NCBI GenBank assembly: GCA_036726225.1
Contig: DAIMCS010000001.1
Span: forward strand, 5,776-69,775
From: Patescibacteria group bacterium
GTDB taxonomy: Bacteria > Patescibacteriota > Doudnabacteria > UBA920
DNA: 64,000 bases
Direction: 5' to 3'
The position numbers and the translations under genes were made by a program. This document shows, in pieces, positions 1 to 7,653 of the stretch. The notes under the pieces are model-generated. The model was given only the letters and a program-made list of their open reading frames with translations. It was not told the DNA's origin and searched no databases. Positions within the stretch are counted from its first letter, which is position 1, and each line of letters starts with the position of its first letter.

Positions 1-543
1 TGCTTCATCTAAAATATGGCCCTGCATTGCTTTTTCTAAATCTGCAGCCGTGGAATAAGAAGGCACGGTTAGCTTACTGTCTAGCGCAAAAAGTTTAAAA
101 AAATAACGATGCGTCCCGCTTGGAGGACAGGGGCCCCCGTATACATTTTGTCCGCTGCTGGTTTTGCCCTGTACGGAGGACTGTGGCACGGAATTTTCCG
201 CGACCAAGTTAATGTCCGGCGCAATATTCCAGACTGTCCAGTGCACCCACGTGCCCATGGGCGCATCGGGGTCATCTACTATTAATACCAGCGTAGAAAT
301 GTTCTTGGGGACATCAACAAATTCCAAAGGCGGGTTAATATTTTCCCCGTCACAGGTATATTTGGATGGGATAATTTGGTTATTGCCAAAGGCATAACTT
401 TGGATCTTCATAATTGCAGCATTAATTGGAGGCGGAGGCTTAGCCGGTCCGCCTAAATTTTTATTTTGTTTTATTTTCAAAAACAAAAAAGTTATTGCAG
501 CCGCAAACAAAAGAATTAAAACTCCTAAAAATGCTTTTTTCAT
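1..543 (-). CDS. YbhB/YbcL-family phosphatidylethanolamine-binding protein (PEBP), partial; the C-terminus runs off the window edge
   Basis: Manual minus-strand translation from ATG 543-541 gives MKKAFLGVLILLF… (signal peptide) …LVLIVDDPDAPMGTWVHW…GPCPPSGTHRYFFKLFALD, the PEBP signature. It is absent from the ORF track because no stop codon lies inside the window. Its ATG overlaps the stop of the upstream gene (ATGA). Confidence 0.75.
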   Translation of the reverse strand, partial: MKKAFLGVLILLFAAAITFLFLKIKQNKNLGGPAKPPPPINAAIMKIQSYAFGNNQIIPSKYTCDGENINPPLEFVDVPKNISTLVLIVDDPDAPMGTWVHWTVWNIAPDINLVAENSVPQSSVQGKTSSGQNVYGGPCPPSGTHRYFFKLFALDSKLTVPSYSTAADLEKAMQGHILDEA

Positions 544-2042
544 TTAAAATTTACAGGTAATTTAAACTCTTTGCGCATTTCCGGCATACCTGAAGGGTTG
601 TCATTTTCAAAAACTAAGCTGCCAATCTCGCCTTTGGGCTTAACAAAATCTAACTGGCCGGAAAAGTTAACAAAATCCTGAGTCATCCACTCCCCCTGCG
701 CAGTAACAAAACTTTGTGAGAGCACACTGCCGTCTTCGTCCAGCAGTTTAACCGGAAAGCTGGCTTCAAAAAACCAGTTTCCCCTTGCTTTTCCGGAAAT
801 TTTAATTGGCGAGGTAACTTTGGTGTTTGCCAAAGGCGCGCTGACGAAAATTTCCGAGCTTTGGGGTGAAACCTTATAAACCACCCCGGCTTTGTCGTCG
901 GTAACATATAACGCCCCGTCATTTCCAAAAACCAAACCCACCGGGCGCCCTAGAGATGTTGTTCCGTCTTTTGATAACCAACCTGAAACAAAATCTTCAA
1001 AACCTTCCAATTCCCCTGCCCCGCTTAACTTAACCCTGGTAAGCTTGTAGCCCGTTGGCTGGCTTCTGTTCAAGCTGCCGTGAAAAGCAACAATTAAATC
1101 GCCCTCATATTCTTTGGGCCAATTTTTATTTGCGGGAATAAAAGCCAAACCTAAAGGTGCGCTGTGGGCCGGTAAATCTATGTGGGAGGCAACCGTATCC
1201 TGGCACGGATCTTTAATATATTGGTTATTGTCAAAAACCGTGTCGTGGATTTTTTTGCCGTAGCAAATTGGCCAGCCGTAATTTTTTCCTGCCTCTATAA
1301 TATTAATTTCATCCGGTGGCAAATCGTCCCCTAAATTATCGCGTCCCATTTCTGTGGCCCAAATTTTTCCGCTCTGTTCGTTTAGCGCCATAAACACGGA
1401 GTTACGCAGGCCGAATGCCGTTTTTTTAAAATCACTCCCGTCTTTGTTCATGGAATAAATAGTCGCAATCCGTTCATCTTCTTCGCGGCAAACGTCGCAG
1501 GTGGAGCCTATGGAAACATAGAGTCTGCCATCTCTGCCAAAAACCAGGCTGCGGGTGTAATGCCTGCCGCCTTCAGGAAGTTCGGCTATTTTTTGCCCCG
1601 CATCGTCGCTATATAAAGCAACCCGGGTAATTTTAGTTTCTTCGGCAAAATACAGCATATTGCCGTCAATGGCCAAACCGTGTGGCCTGTCTAAATTTCT
1701 AAATACCGCGTTTTGCCTTACCACAACACCGTTTTGGACTTCAAGCTGGGAAATTATGCCTTCGCCGGTTTGGCTAACCCACATATTTCCAAAATTATCA
1801 ACGGCAATGTCCCTGGCTCCGGGCAAACTTTTTGCAAAAATAGAAATAGAAAAACCACCCGGCAGGGTTAAAGGCATGTTGGTGATGTTTACCGGCGTGC
1901 TGGTATTGCCGGTTTGGGGTATCATCTCGGTAATGTCCCCGGGCGGTTTGGTAATTGCCGGCAGGGCGCCTTTAAAATTTTGCAAAATATAAAGACTAAG
2001 CCCCAAAATAATAATGGCTAAAACAATTAAAATCTTTTTCAT
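540..2042 (-). CDS. PQQ-dependent sugar (glucose/sorbosone) dehydrogenase-like beta-propeller protein with a C-terminal Gmad2-type Ig-like domain, secreted
   Basis: N-terminal TM/signal; SGDH-like motifs (GRDGRLYVSIGSTCDVC, LYVTDD); C-terminal roughly 90 aa resemble the Gmad2 Ig-like domain often fused to this family. Confidence 0.65.
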   Translation of the reverse strand: MKKILIVLAIIILGLSLYILQNFKGALPAITKPPGDITEMIPQTGNTSTPVNITNMPLTLPGGFSISIFAKSLPGARDIAVDNFGNMWVSQTGEGIISQLEVQNGVVVRQNAVFRNLDRPHGLAIDGNMLYFAEETKITRVALYSDDAGQKIAELPEGGRHYTRSLVFGRDGRLYVSIGSTCDVCREEDERIATIYSMNKDGSDFKKTAFGLRNSVFMALNEQSGKIWATEMGRDNLGDDLPPDEINIIEAGKNYGWPICYGKKIHDTVFDNNQYIKDPCQDTVASHIDLPAHSAPLGLAFIPANKNWPKEYEGDLIVAFHGSLNRSQPTGYKLTRVKLSGAGELEGFEDFVSGWLSKDGTTSLGRPVGLVFGNDGALYVTDDKAGVVYKVSPQSSEIFVSAPLANTKVTSPIKISGKARGNWFFEASFPVKLLDEDGSVLSQSFVTAQGEWMTQDFVNFSGQLDFVKPKGEIGSLVFENDNPSGMPEMRKEFKLPVNFK

Positions 2043-2067
2043 ACTATATAGTTTAACGCTTTATTGA

Positions 2068-2403
2068 TTACTTAGTTTCCGTTTTCAACCAGTTATAAAA
2101 ATTCTTTTCCACCTTCTCAATTTCCAGCTGGCCAATAAAAGGCACTTGGTCGCTATGCAGGGATTTTACCAGTTTTACAATTTTTGCATAGTGCTTAGGC
2201 AGGGTTTCTAAAGTCAGCAGCGGGCCTTTGGAAGTTTCCAGTTTACCGGACCCGGGCGGCCAATAGTACACGCTTTTGATCCGCGGGATTATCCCGTAAC
2301 AGGCGCACAGTCGGCGTTTTAAACAAGCCTTGCCAATGTTATCGGCCTCTTTGGCCGAATTGCTGTTTACAACTACCCAAATTATTTCTCTGACATCAGA
2401 CAT
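2068..2403 (-). CDS. cutA: divalent-cation tolerance protein CutA
   Basis: 111 aa; C..IIP.IKSVYYWPG…KT…Y..I…H…VP.I…Y.WL pattern matches CutA1. Confidence 0.8.
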   Translation of the reverse strand: MSDVREIIWVVVNSNSAKEADNIGKACLKRRLCACYGIIPRIKSVYYWPPGSGKLETSKGPLLTLETLPKHYAKIVKLVKSLHSDQVPFIGQLEIEKVEKNFYNWLKTETK

Positions 2404-2462
2404 AAAGTTAATTTAAAACATTGGCAAGATTTAAATGATTTAAAAGATTTGTATGGTTCTTG

Positions 2463-2861
2463 TCAATCTTGTTCCATTATGGTTAACACCACTTCTCTTT
2501 CCCTTGGACCGTCTAGCTCAATTAGCACCACTCTTTGCCACTGCCCCAAATTAAGCTTTCCGCCATAAACCGGCAAACTTATGCCCGGCCCAATTATGCT
2601 GGCTAAAATATGGTCAACCACATGCGCAGGGTTATGAGGATGCCTGTAATTTAGTTTGGGCATTAGGGCCTCAAATGCGTCCAAATAATCTAAGTCCGTC
2701 CCTCCGGCGTCTAAATCTGCGGTGGTCAGGCAGGCAGTGGTGTGTTTTATAAAAAGATGGCACAAGCCATCCTTAATTTTTTCGCGCAATAAAATTTGAT
2801 CAATCCGATCTGTTATATCTACAACCTGTTTTTTCTTTTGAGTTGAGATATTAATTTGCAT
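2463..2861 (-). CDS. yjbQ: YjbQ-family (UPF0047) secondary thiamine-phosphate synthase-like protein
   Basis: 132 aa; CHLFIKHTTACLT…HP.NP..H….IIGPGISLPV.GGKLNLGQWQ matches the YjbQ family. Confidence 0.8.
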   Translation of the reverse strand: MQINISTQKKKQVVDITDRIDQILLREKIKDGLCHLFIKHTTACLTTADLDAGGTDLDYLDAFEALMPKLNYRHPHNPAHVVDHILASIIGPGISLPVYGGKLNLGQWQRVVLIELDGPREREVVLTIMEQD

Positions 2862-2962
2862 GGCTAAATTCCAAATAACAAGTTACAAACAATATCTAAA
2901 ATTCAATTTTTAAAAAATTTCCCTGGCACCGGGGTGAAATTTAAGGCTTGCTATTTGGTGCT

Positions 2963-3247
2963 CTAACTGTTCTTTAAAGGCACAAAAGGTGCGGCAACTT
3001 CCGTTATTTCCACATTTTGCACCTGCGCCCCGGTCGGACCGCGCTTAGACCATTCCAGCAATGTGTCCAATTTGTCTTCGGCCCCCTCCACGTCTATTAA
3101 CAGTCCCCCGTCTTGGGTGTTTTCGGCCCTGCCCAAAAGACCCAATTCCACAAATTTTTCGTAAGAAGAAAAACGGAAGCCAACCCCCTGCACCCGGCCT
3201 GAAATTTTTATATTTAAATGTTTAGGCATTGAGCTCAAATTTACCAT
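2963..3247 (-). CDS. acyP: acylphosphatase
   Basis: 94 aa; ISGRVQGVGFRFSS motif. Confidence 0.8.
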   Translation of the reverse strand: MVNLSSMPKHLNIKISGRVQGVGFRFSSYEKFVELGLLGRAENTQDGGLLIDVEGAEDKLDTLLEWSKRGPTGAQVQNVEITEVAAPFVPLKNS

Positions 3248-3683
3248 TGTTAGACTCCGTAGGTGAAAAAGTCTGCAAAAATTTTATCCAGGCCTCGGGC
3301 AGGCGGTTGCCTTGCGCGCCGGAAATTACAATTTTTAAAAAATTCTCTTTAATATAATTGCCGCCAAACTTCTCCGGCGGTTGCAGGTACACCCACGCTT
3401 TTATAAGCTGGCCTTTCAGGTCCTCCACCATAATTTCCGCCCTGGAAAAAACCTGGGGGAAGCCTTCGGCTTCATCTAATATGTCTATACAATGCTGGTC
3501 TAACTCATACAAAACCCCGTTGACGAACGCGCCGGCCTTTTGTCTTATGTTAAAGTAGCCGCGCAAGTCCGCACCGAACTCATAACCTTTCAGCACTGCC
3601 GCCCCCAAAACATTAAAATGCCATCCGCAAAGTCTTCGCATGTGTTCTAGGTTCATGTTCGAGCTGTAGGCAAAGTAGTACAT
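3222..3683 (-). CDS. gamma-glutamylcyclotransferase / AIG2-like family protein
   Basis: N-terminal YFAYSSNMN motif (YGSNL-type) of the GGCT-like fold; overlaps the acyP start by 26 nt. Confidence 0.7.
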   Translation of the reverse strand: MYYFAYSSNMNLEHMRRLCGWHFNVLGAAVLKGYEFGADLRGYFNIRQKAGAFVNGVLYELDQHCIDILDEAEGFPQVFSRAEIMVEDLKGQLIKAWVYLQPPEKFGGNYIKENFLKIVISGAQGNRLPEAWIKFLQTFSPTESNNGKFELNA

Positions 3684-3698
3684 ATATATGATGGTATC

Positions 3699-3725
3699 AT
3701 ATAAAAAATTCTTGCCCGGCGCAAG
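3699..3725 (-). terminator. rho-independent terminator of the FAD-oxidase gene (hairpin cttgcgccgggcaag plus T-run on the minus strand)
   Basis: Perfect 5-bp GC stem followed by aatttttt on the minus strand. Immediately after it a TATAT-rich box abuts the GGCT ATG, suggesting a leaderless-type start. Confidence 0.5.
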
Positions 3726-3782
3726 TATGGGTCAAACCATAATAATAACAATTACTATGTCCGGTGATGATTATAGTTACTG

Positions 3783-5447
3783 TTATAGCGTCTTCTTTAT
3801 GTGCTCCAGGGCGTAACTCAGACTGCTGCCCACCTTTTTGCGCGGGTTAAAAATGTTGTGGGGGTCAAAAATTTGCTTTATTTCTGCAAAAAGTCCGACC
3901 ACTTTTTGCCCGTACATTTTTTCCAAATACGGCGAGCGAATAAGCCCGTCGTTGTGCTCCGCAGTAATGCTGCCCTGGTATCTAATAACTAAATCGTAAA
4001 CTTCGTCCGCAAGTTTCGGAATTATTGCCCGCTGGTCTTCTTTGGTTAAATCCATTAAAGGAATTATATGGAAATTGGCGTCCCCGGCATGGCCGGCTAT
4101 GGTGTAAATAAGTGACGGATACTTGGCTAAAATTGTGTTAAGTTCGGGCAAAAATTGCGGTAATTGCTGCGGATGAACCACAATGTCGTCTATAAAAGGG
4201 GCGGTTGCCAGCCCGTGGGTATGCTGCCGCAGCAGGCTAAAACTCTCTCTTCTCACCACCCAGTACTTTTGGGCTTCCTGGGCATTTTTGGTAATGTGCG
4301 TTTTAAGCTTAAACCTGGCCACAACTTCTTTTTGGGCAATGAGCAATTTTTGGTAAACTTCCTCTTCGGTTTCCCCTGTAAATTCCGCAATTAAAATTAG
4401 TTTGGGGACACCGCCGGTTATGGTCATCCACAGTTCGGGTAAAAATTGCAGGGCTAAACTTATTAAGTTGCCTTTCATACGTTTAAGCATATCGGGGAAA
4501 AACCGCATTGCCAAATTAAAAGTATGGTCGTCAAAACTTTCAAAACTTTCGGGGTGATGTTTTACCACGGTGTCCACCACGTCGCCCAAATTGTGTAAGT
4601 CCTTCATAAAAATCACCAGCAGTTCGCTCTTTTGTTTGGGTTTTAAAAGTTTAATTTTTACTTTTGTAATAATCCCTAAAGTACCCTGCGAGCCGGTGAA
4701 TAATTTGGCCATATTAAAAGTGCGCCTGCGTTTGTCCCAGGCTTCCCACAACAAATAACCGGCCGAATTTTTGGAAGTGGTTGGCTTGGCCTCTGAAATT
4801 GTCTCGTAATTCTCTTTAATGAGACGGAAAACTTTTCGGTAAATTTCGCCTTCAAAACCCGTAAGCTTCATTTTCCTGTCCAGGTCATCTTCACTCAACT
4901 CCCCAAAAACATAAGTTTGCCCGTCGGAAAGCACAACCTCCATCTCCTCTATATATTCTTTCATTTGCCCCAAAGACAGGGTTTTTTCGCCTGCTGAATT
5001 GTTGGCCACCATACCGCCGACTGTATTTAAGCTTTTTGAAGCCGTATAGCAGGGTAGAATTAAATTTTTTGCCAGGGTTTCTTTTTCAAAGTCGCGGTAA
5101 AACACTCCCGGCTCTAAGGTTGCGCTGCCGGTATCTGGGCCGGTAGATTCAATTTTAAAAATTTTATTAAAATGTGAAGTAACGTCTAAAATAATGGAGT
5201 CATTTAAAGGCCCGCCGGACATATCGGTACCGGCGGAGCGGGCGGTTATGGAAAGCTCCGGATTTTTTTGTTTGTTTTGGTTAACCCAACTCACCAAATT
5301 TTTTACATCTTCCGCATTTTTAGGATGAACAATGCAGCGGGGAATAACCTCAAAAATACTGGCATCGCGGCTGTATTTTTTTAAAGTCGCTTCGTCAGTT
5401 TCAACTTCCCCTTGAATTTTTGTTTTGATTTCTTGATAGTCAATCAT
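3783..5447 (-). CDS. FAD-binding oxidoreductase (FAD-linked oxidase, GlcD / D-lactate dehydrogenase family)
   Basis: 554 aa; PCMH-type FAD-binding region (ARSAGTDMSGGPLNDSIILDV) and C-terminal FAD-oxidase domain. Confidence 0.75.
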   Translation of the reverse strand: MIDYQEIKTKIQGEVETDEATLKKYSRDASIFEVIPRCIVHPKNAEDVKNLVSWVNQNKQKNPELSITARSAGTDMSGGPLNDSIILDVTSHFNKIFKIESTGPDTGSATLEPGVFYRDFEKETLAKNLILPCYTASKSLNTVGGMVANNSAGEKTLSLGQMKEYIEEMEVVLSDGQTYVFGELSEDDLDRKMKLTGFEGEIYRKVFRLIKENYETISEAKPTTSKNSAGYLLWEAWDKRRRTFNMAKLFTGSQGTLGIITKVKIKLLKPKQKSELLVIFMKDLHNLGDVVDTVVKHHPESFESFDDHTFNLAMRFFPDMLKRMKGNLISLALQFLPELWMTITGGVPKLILIAEFTGETEEEVYQKLLIAQKEVVARFKLKTHITKNAQEAQKYWVVRRESFSLLRQHTHGLATAPFIDDIVVHPQQLPQFLPELNTILAKYPSLIYTIAGHAGDANFHIIPLMDLTKEDQRAIIPKLADEVYDLVIRYQGSITAEHNDGLIRSPYLEKMYGQKVVGLFAEIKQIFDPHNIFNPRKKVGSSLSYALEHIKKTL

Positions 5448-5455
5448 TTCAATAA

Positions 5456-6175
5456 TTATACCACGAAATCGAAATTTTTTACCTTATAAATTACGTCTTT
5501 TCTTTCAACTACTATTTTCCACTTTTTTTGTCGTGCAGTCTTGGCAAGCTTATGGTTTGGATTAAACGCAATGGGTTTACCAACCAGTGACAACATAGCT
5601 ATATCCCCTTCTGTATCTCCAACTGCTATGGATTGCTTTAAACGGATAGAGTATTTTTTTGCAACGCTTTTTAAAATCTTGGCTTTATGGTAAGCGGAAT
5701 CCAAATTTAAAACTTTGCCCGTAAATTTACCGTTTTTAATTTCCAGGACCGTGCCAAAAAATAAATTAAACCCAATGGCCTTGGCATACGCCTCTACTAT
5801 ATATGAAGGCGAGCCGGAAATAGCAACCAAAAAATAGTTTTGTTTTTTTAATTGCTTAATGAGATCGCGGGTAAACCTGTAAACCTTGTCCCTCTGAAAA
5901 TTAATTACAGCCTGCGCCGCGCTTTTTACCAAAGGGTAGCGTTTGCCGCCAATATACTTTACATAAATTTGCACCACTTTGTTAATATAAGCTTCGTAAG
6001 TGCCTTTACGGTTGACCCAGGCTAAATATTCTTTCTCAATTTCCTTTTTAGCAACTTGAGGGAAAACCCCCCTTTTTACCAGCTCATGGCTTAGTTCAAT
6101 AATAAGACTGGAACGGAAAATTGTGCCGTCTATGTCAAATACTGCAAATTTTTTAAATGAAGCAATTTTACCCAT
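5456..6175 (-). CDS. HAD-IB family hydrolase (phosphoserine phosphatase-like)
   Basis: VFDIDGTIF motif I; GDTEGD motif IV. Confidence 0.7.
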   Translation of the reverse strand: MGKIASFKKFAVFDIDGTIFRSSLIIELSHELVKRGVFPQVAKKEIEKEYLAWVNRKGTYEAYINKVVQIYVKYIGGKRYPLVKSAAQAVINFQRDKVYRFTRDLIKQLKKQNYFLVAISGSPSYIVEAYAKAIGFNLFFGTVLEIKNGKFTGKVLNLDSAYHKAKILKSVAKKYSIRLKQSIAVGDTEGDIAMLSLVGKPIAFNPNHKLAKTARQKKWKIVVERKDVIYKVKNFDFVV

Positions 6176-6204
6176 ACTACTATTTTAACGCTTTACTGCT
6201 TTTT

Positions 6205-6243
6205 GGGCAAAAAAAAGACCTCGGGTTACGCATAACCCGAGAG
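6205..6243 (-). terminator. rho-independent terminator (CTCGGGTTAcgcaTAACCCGAG plus T8 on the minus strand)
   Basis: 9-bp perfect stem; A-run on plus strand, T-run on minus strand; lies just downstream of the 36-aa peptide gene. Confidence 0.6.
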
Positions 6244-6246
6244 TCA

Positions 6247-6357
6247 TTAGCTGTCCGACAGGTCGGAAAAGATAGTCCGCCGAACACCTGCAATAATGCA
6301 GATGACAACAAAGACAACAACAGCAATCGCCACTATCCCTATTGTGATGAGATCCAT
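6247..6357 (-). CDS. 36-aa single-TM hydrophobic peptide (MDLITIGIVAIAVVVFVVICIIAGVRRTIFSDLSDS); candidate type I toxin-like small membrane protein
   Basis: Strong SD (GCTAGGAGGAACT-ATG) on the minus strand, hydrophobic core plus charged tail, dedicated terminator; it is the only coding-like part of the 184-aa ORF 6247..6801. Confidence 0.4.
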   Translation of the reverse strand: MDLITIGIVAIAVVVFVVICIIAGVRRTIFSDLSDS

Positions 6358-6434
6358 AGTTCCTCCTAGCTTAGACAGGCTACAGTAATTCTGCGCCAAA
6401 ATCAAGCCTTGAGACTTTAGTGGATTTTTAAGCT

Positions 6435-6463
6435 TTGACATACAAAGACCGGAACAGTAAAAT
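6435..6463 (+). promoter_or_regulatory. sigma70-type promoter (TTGACA-17-TAAAAT) driving the RRM-protein gene
   Basis: Consensus -35 and near-consensus -10 with 17-nt spacer. Confidence 0.5.
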
Positions 6464-6505
6464 ACCCTAAAGTACAAAGGGGGCAAAAATGTCTTTTGCA
6501 TCCTT

Positions 6506-6829
6506 TTGTTTTTTTCAGCTGCCCAAAGTAGCATCGGGCGCAGACAGCAGAACAACGTGGCGAGAATTTTTGTAAGCAACCTTCCCGTCGATTGTGAATG
6601 GATTGACGTGCGCCGATGGCTGGAAACCATGGGATACTCTACAGGGTTCATTGTTGTCCAGCCAAATACTTCAACAAATAACCCCGGAAGCTTCGCAATT
6701 GTGGCTCTTCCGGAAGTCAAAGACGCCGTAGAGGCCGCACGGCATTTAAACGGCCAAATGTTCTCGGGCAATATCCTGTTTGTGAGCAAGGCAAGAAACA
6801 AACGAAAAAAAGACCGCCGGGTATTTTGA
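6506..6829 (+). CDS. RRM (RNA-recognition motif) domain RNA-binding protein; true start probably GTG 6557 (MARIFVSNLP…)
   Basis: RNP2-like IFVSNLP and RNP1-like GSFAIVAL motifs, basic C-tail. Upstream, ATG 6489 with a good SD opens a 28-aa out-of-frame uORF that overlaps the GTG; a T7 homopolymer lies at 6503-6509. Confidence 0.7.
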   Translation: MFFSAAQSSIGRRQQNNVARIFVSNLPVDCEWIDVRRWLETMGYSTGFIVVQPNTSTNNPGSFAIVALPEVKDAVEAARHLNGQMFSGNILFVSKARNKRKKDRRVF

Positions 6830-6885
6830 CGAGATTGCCCCGGAACCCCGCTTGGCGGCCTGGCATGGAGCTAACCTGCCGCTAA

Positions 6886-6963
6886 CCCGGAAAAGAAATT
6901 AACTGTGTTATTCGAGATTGCGACTCCTCTCGATCTGTTAATTTTCTTTTTCGGGTTTTTTTA
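6886..6963 (+). terminator. rho-independent terminator after the RRM gene (long stem CCCGGAAAAGAAATTAAC / GTTAATTTTCTTTTTCGGG plus T8)
   Basis: Inverted repeat followed by gtttttttatttg. Confidence 0.6.
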
Positions 6964-6969
6964 TTTGAC

Positions 6970-7477
6970 AAAGCACTGCCAAAAACTGTAAGCTGCCAAT
7001 AAGCTAAACGGAGGATAATACGAGAATTTGGTGCGCTTTTTGCATCATCGTTTTATTGCTTAGTCCCCACGGGGATTAACGTTGCGAGTTCAGTGTCGTC
7101 AACCAATGGAGAACAACCCTATGATTGTATCCATCGAGTCCACAAGTCCGTAAGAAGGTAGCCGTTATCAAAGCCGGCCGGCAAATTGTACTCCACTGCA
7201 ATGCGATTGGTGGGATTTGCCGCCCGGCCGTCATTTTCAAATTTTTTTCGTATATTGAACTCCCGGCAGAGGTGCTGGACTGCACCATCCTACCGGGCCC
7301 CTGCTCCGGTCCCCCTTAGACTCAGATCTACTCAACCAGATCTTTGTCAGGAGGACCGGAGCCCCCTATTTCTTCGGAGGACTCATTTTAAATAATTCGC
7401 TTTTTAGTCCCTCCTTTAGATAGTGCCTAAAACACAAATGGTAACCCCATCTGTGTTTTAGGCCTCTTTTTTTGTTG
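6970..7477 (+). ncRNA. candidate structured non-coding RNA, about 500 nt, GC-rich, unclassified
   Basis: Only short, non-protein-like ORFs overlap here on both strands. Multiple perfect stems are present: AGCCGGCCGGCAAAT/ATTTGCCGCCCGGCC, GCTCCGGTCC/GGACCGGAGC, GGAGGACT/AGTCCCTCC. It ends in a strong terminator (CCTAAAACACA…TGTGTTTTAGG plus T7 at 7426-7477) and sits between the RRM-gene terminator and the purL promoter. Confidence 0.3.
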
Positions 7478-7478
7478 C

Positions 7479-7507
7479 TTGACAATACGGGATTTTTTGC
7501 TTACACT
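7479..7507 (+). promoter_or_regulatory. purL promoter TTGACA-17-TACACT
   Basis: Consensus -35 and good -10; a roughly 125-nt AT-rich leader follows, with tandem 14-bp repeats at 7599-7626. Confidence 0.5.
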
Positions 7508-7653
7508 GCGGGTGTAGAACACCGTGCAGAAATTGCTCCGCCCTAAAGACCCGACGACATCTTCATTTTTTCTTATTATGAGATGTTTTTTATTTTCTTT
7601 AACATATTCAACTTAACATATTCAACCTAAAATTATAAATCTTAAGTGAGTTA

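Noticed and set aside
81-397. Track ORFs 81..275(-) and 164..397(+)
   Set aside because: Both lie inside or antisense to the PEBP gene (1..543, minus strand, different frame), which has clear family motifs. They are spurious.
3661-3700. 15-bp palindrome TATGATggtATCATA at the GGCT gene start as a regulatory operator
   Set aside because: It overlaps the TATAT-rich -10-like box and start codon in AT-rich sequence. A palindrome could arise by chance here, so it is mentioned only within the terminator feature.
6247-6801. 184-aa minus-strand ORF 6247..6801
   Set aside because: Composition is non-protein-like and it overlaps the RRM gene on the other strand. Only the last 36 codons, with their own SD and ATG, look like a real small gene.
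7076-7395. Short ORFs 7076..7288(-), 7125..7319(+), 7186..7395(+)
   Set aside because: They overlap each other on both strands in a GC-rich, stem-rich region. Their amino-acid composition is rich in Arg, Pro and Cys and not protein-like. They are better explained as a structured RNA.
6970-7477. Identity of the candidate ncRNA as RNase P RNA, tmRNA, SRP RNA, or a ZTP/purine riboswitch for purL
   Set aside because: None of the universal signatures was found. These were GGAAAGUCCGGGC / ACAGAACCCGGCUUA for RNase P, a tRNA-like GGUUCGAAUCC 3' end for tmRNA, the GUCAGGUCCGGAAGGAAGCAGC-type domain IV for SRP RNA, and the riboswitch cores. It is left unclassified.
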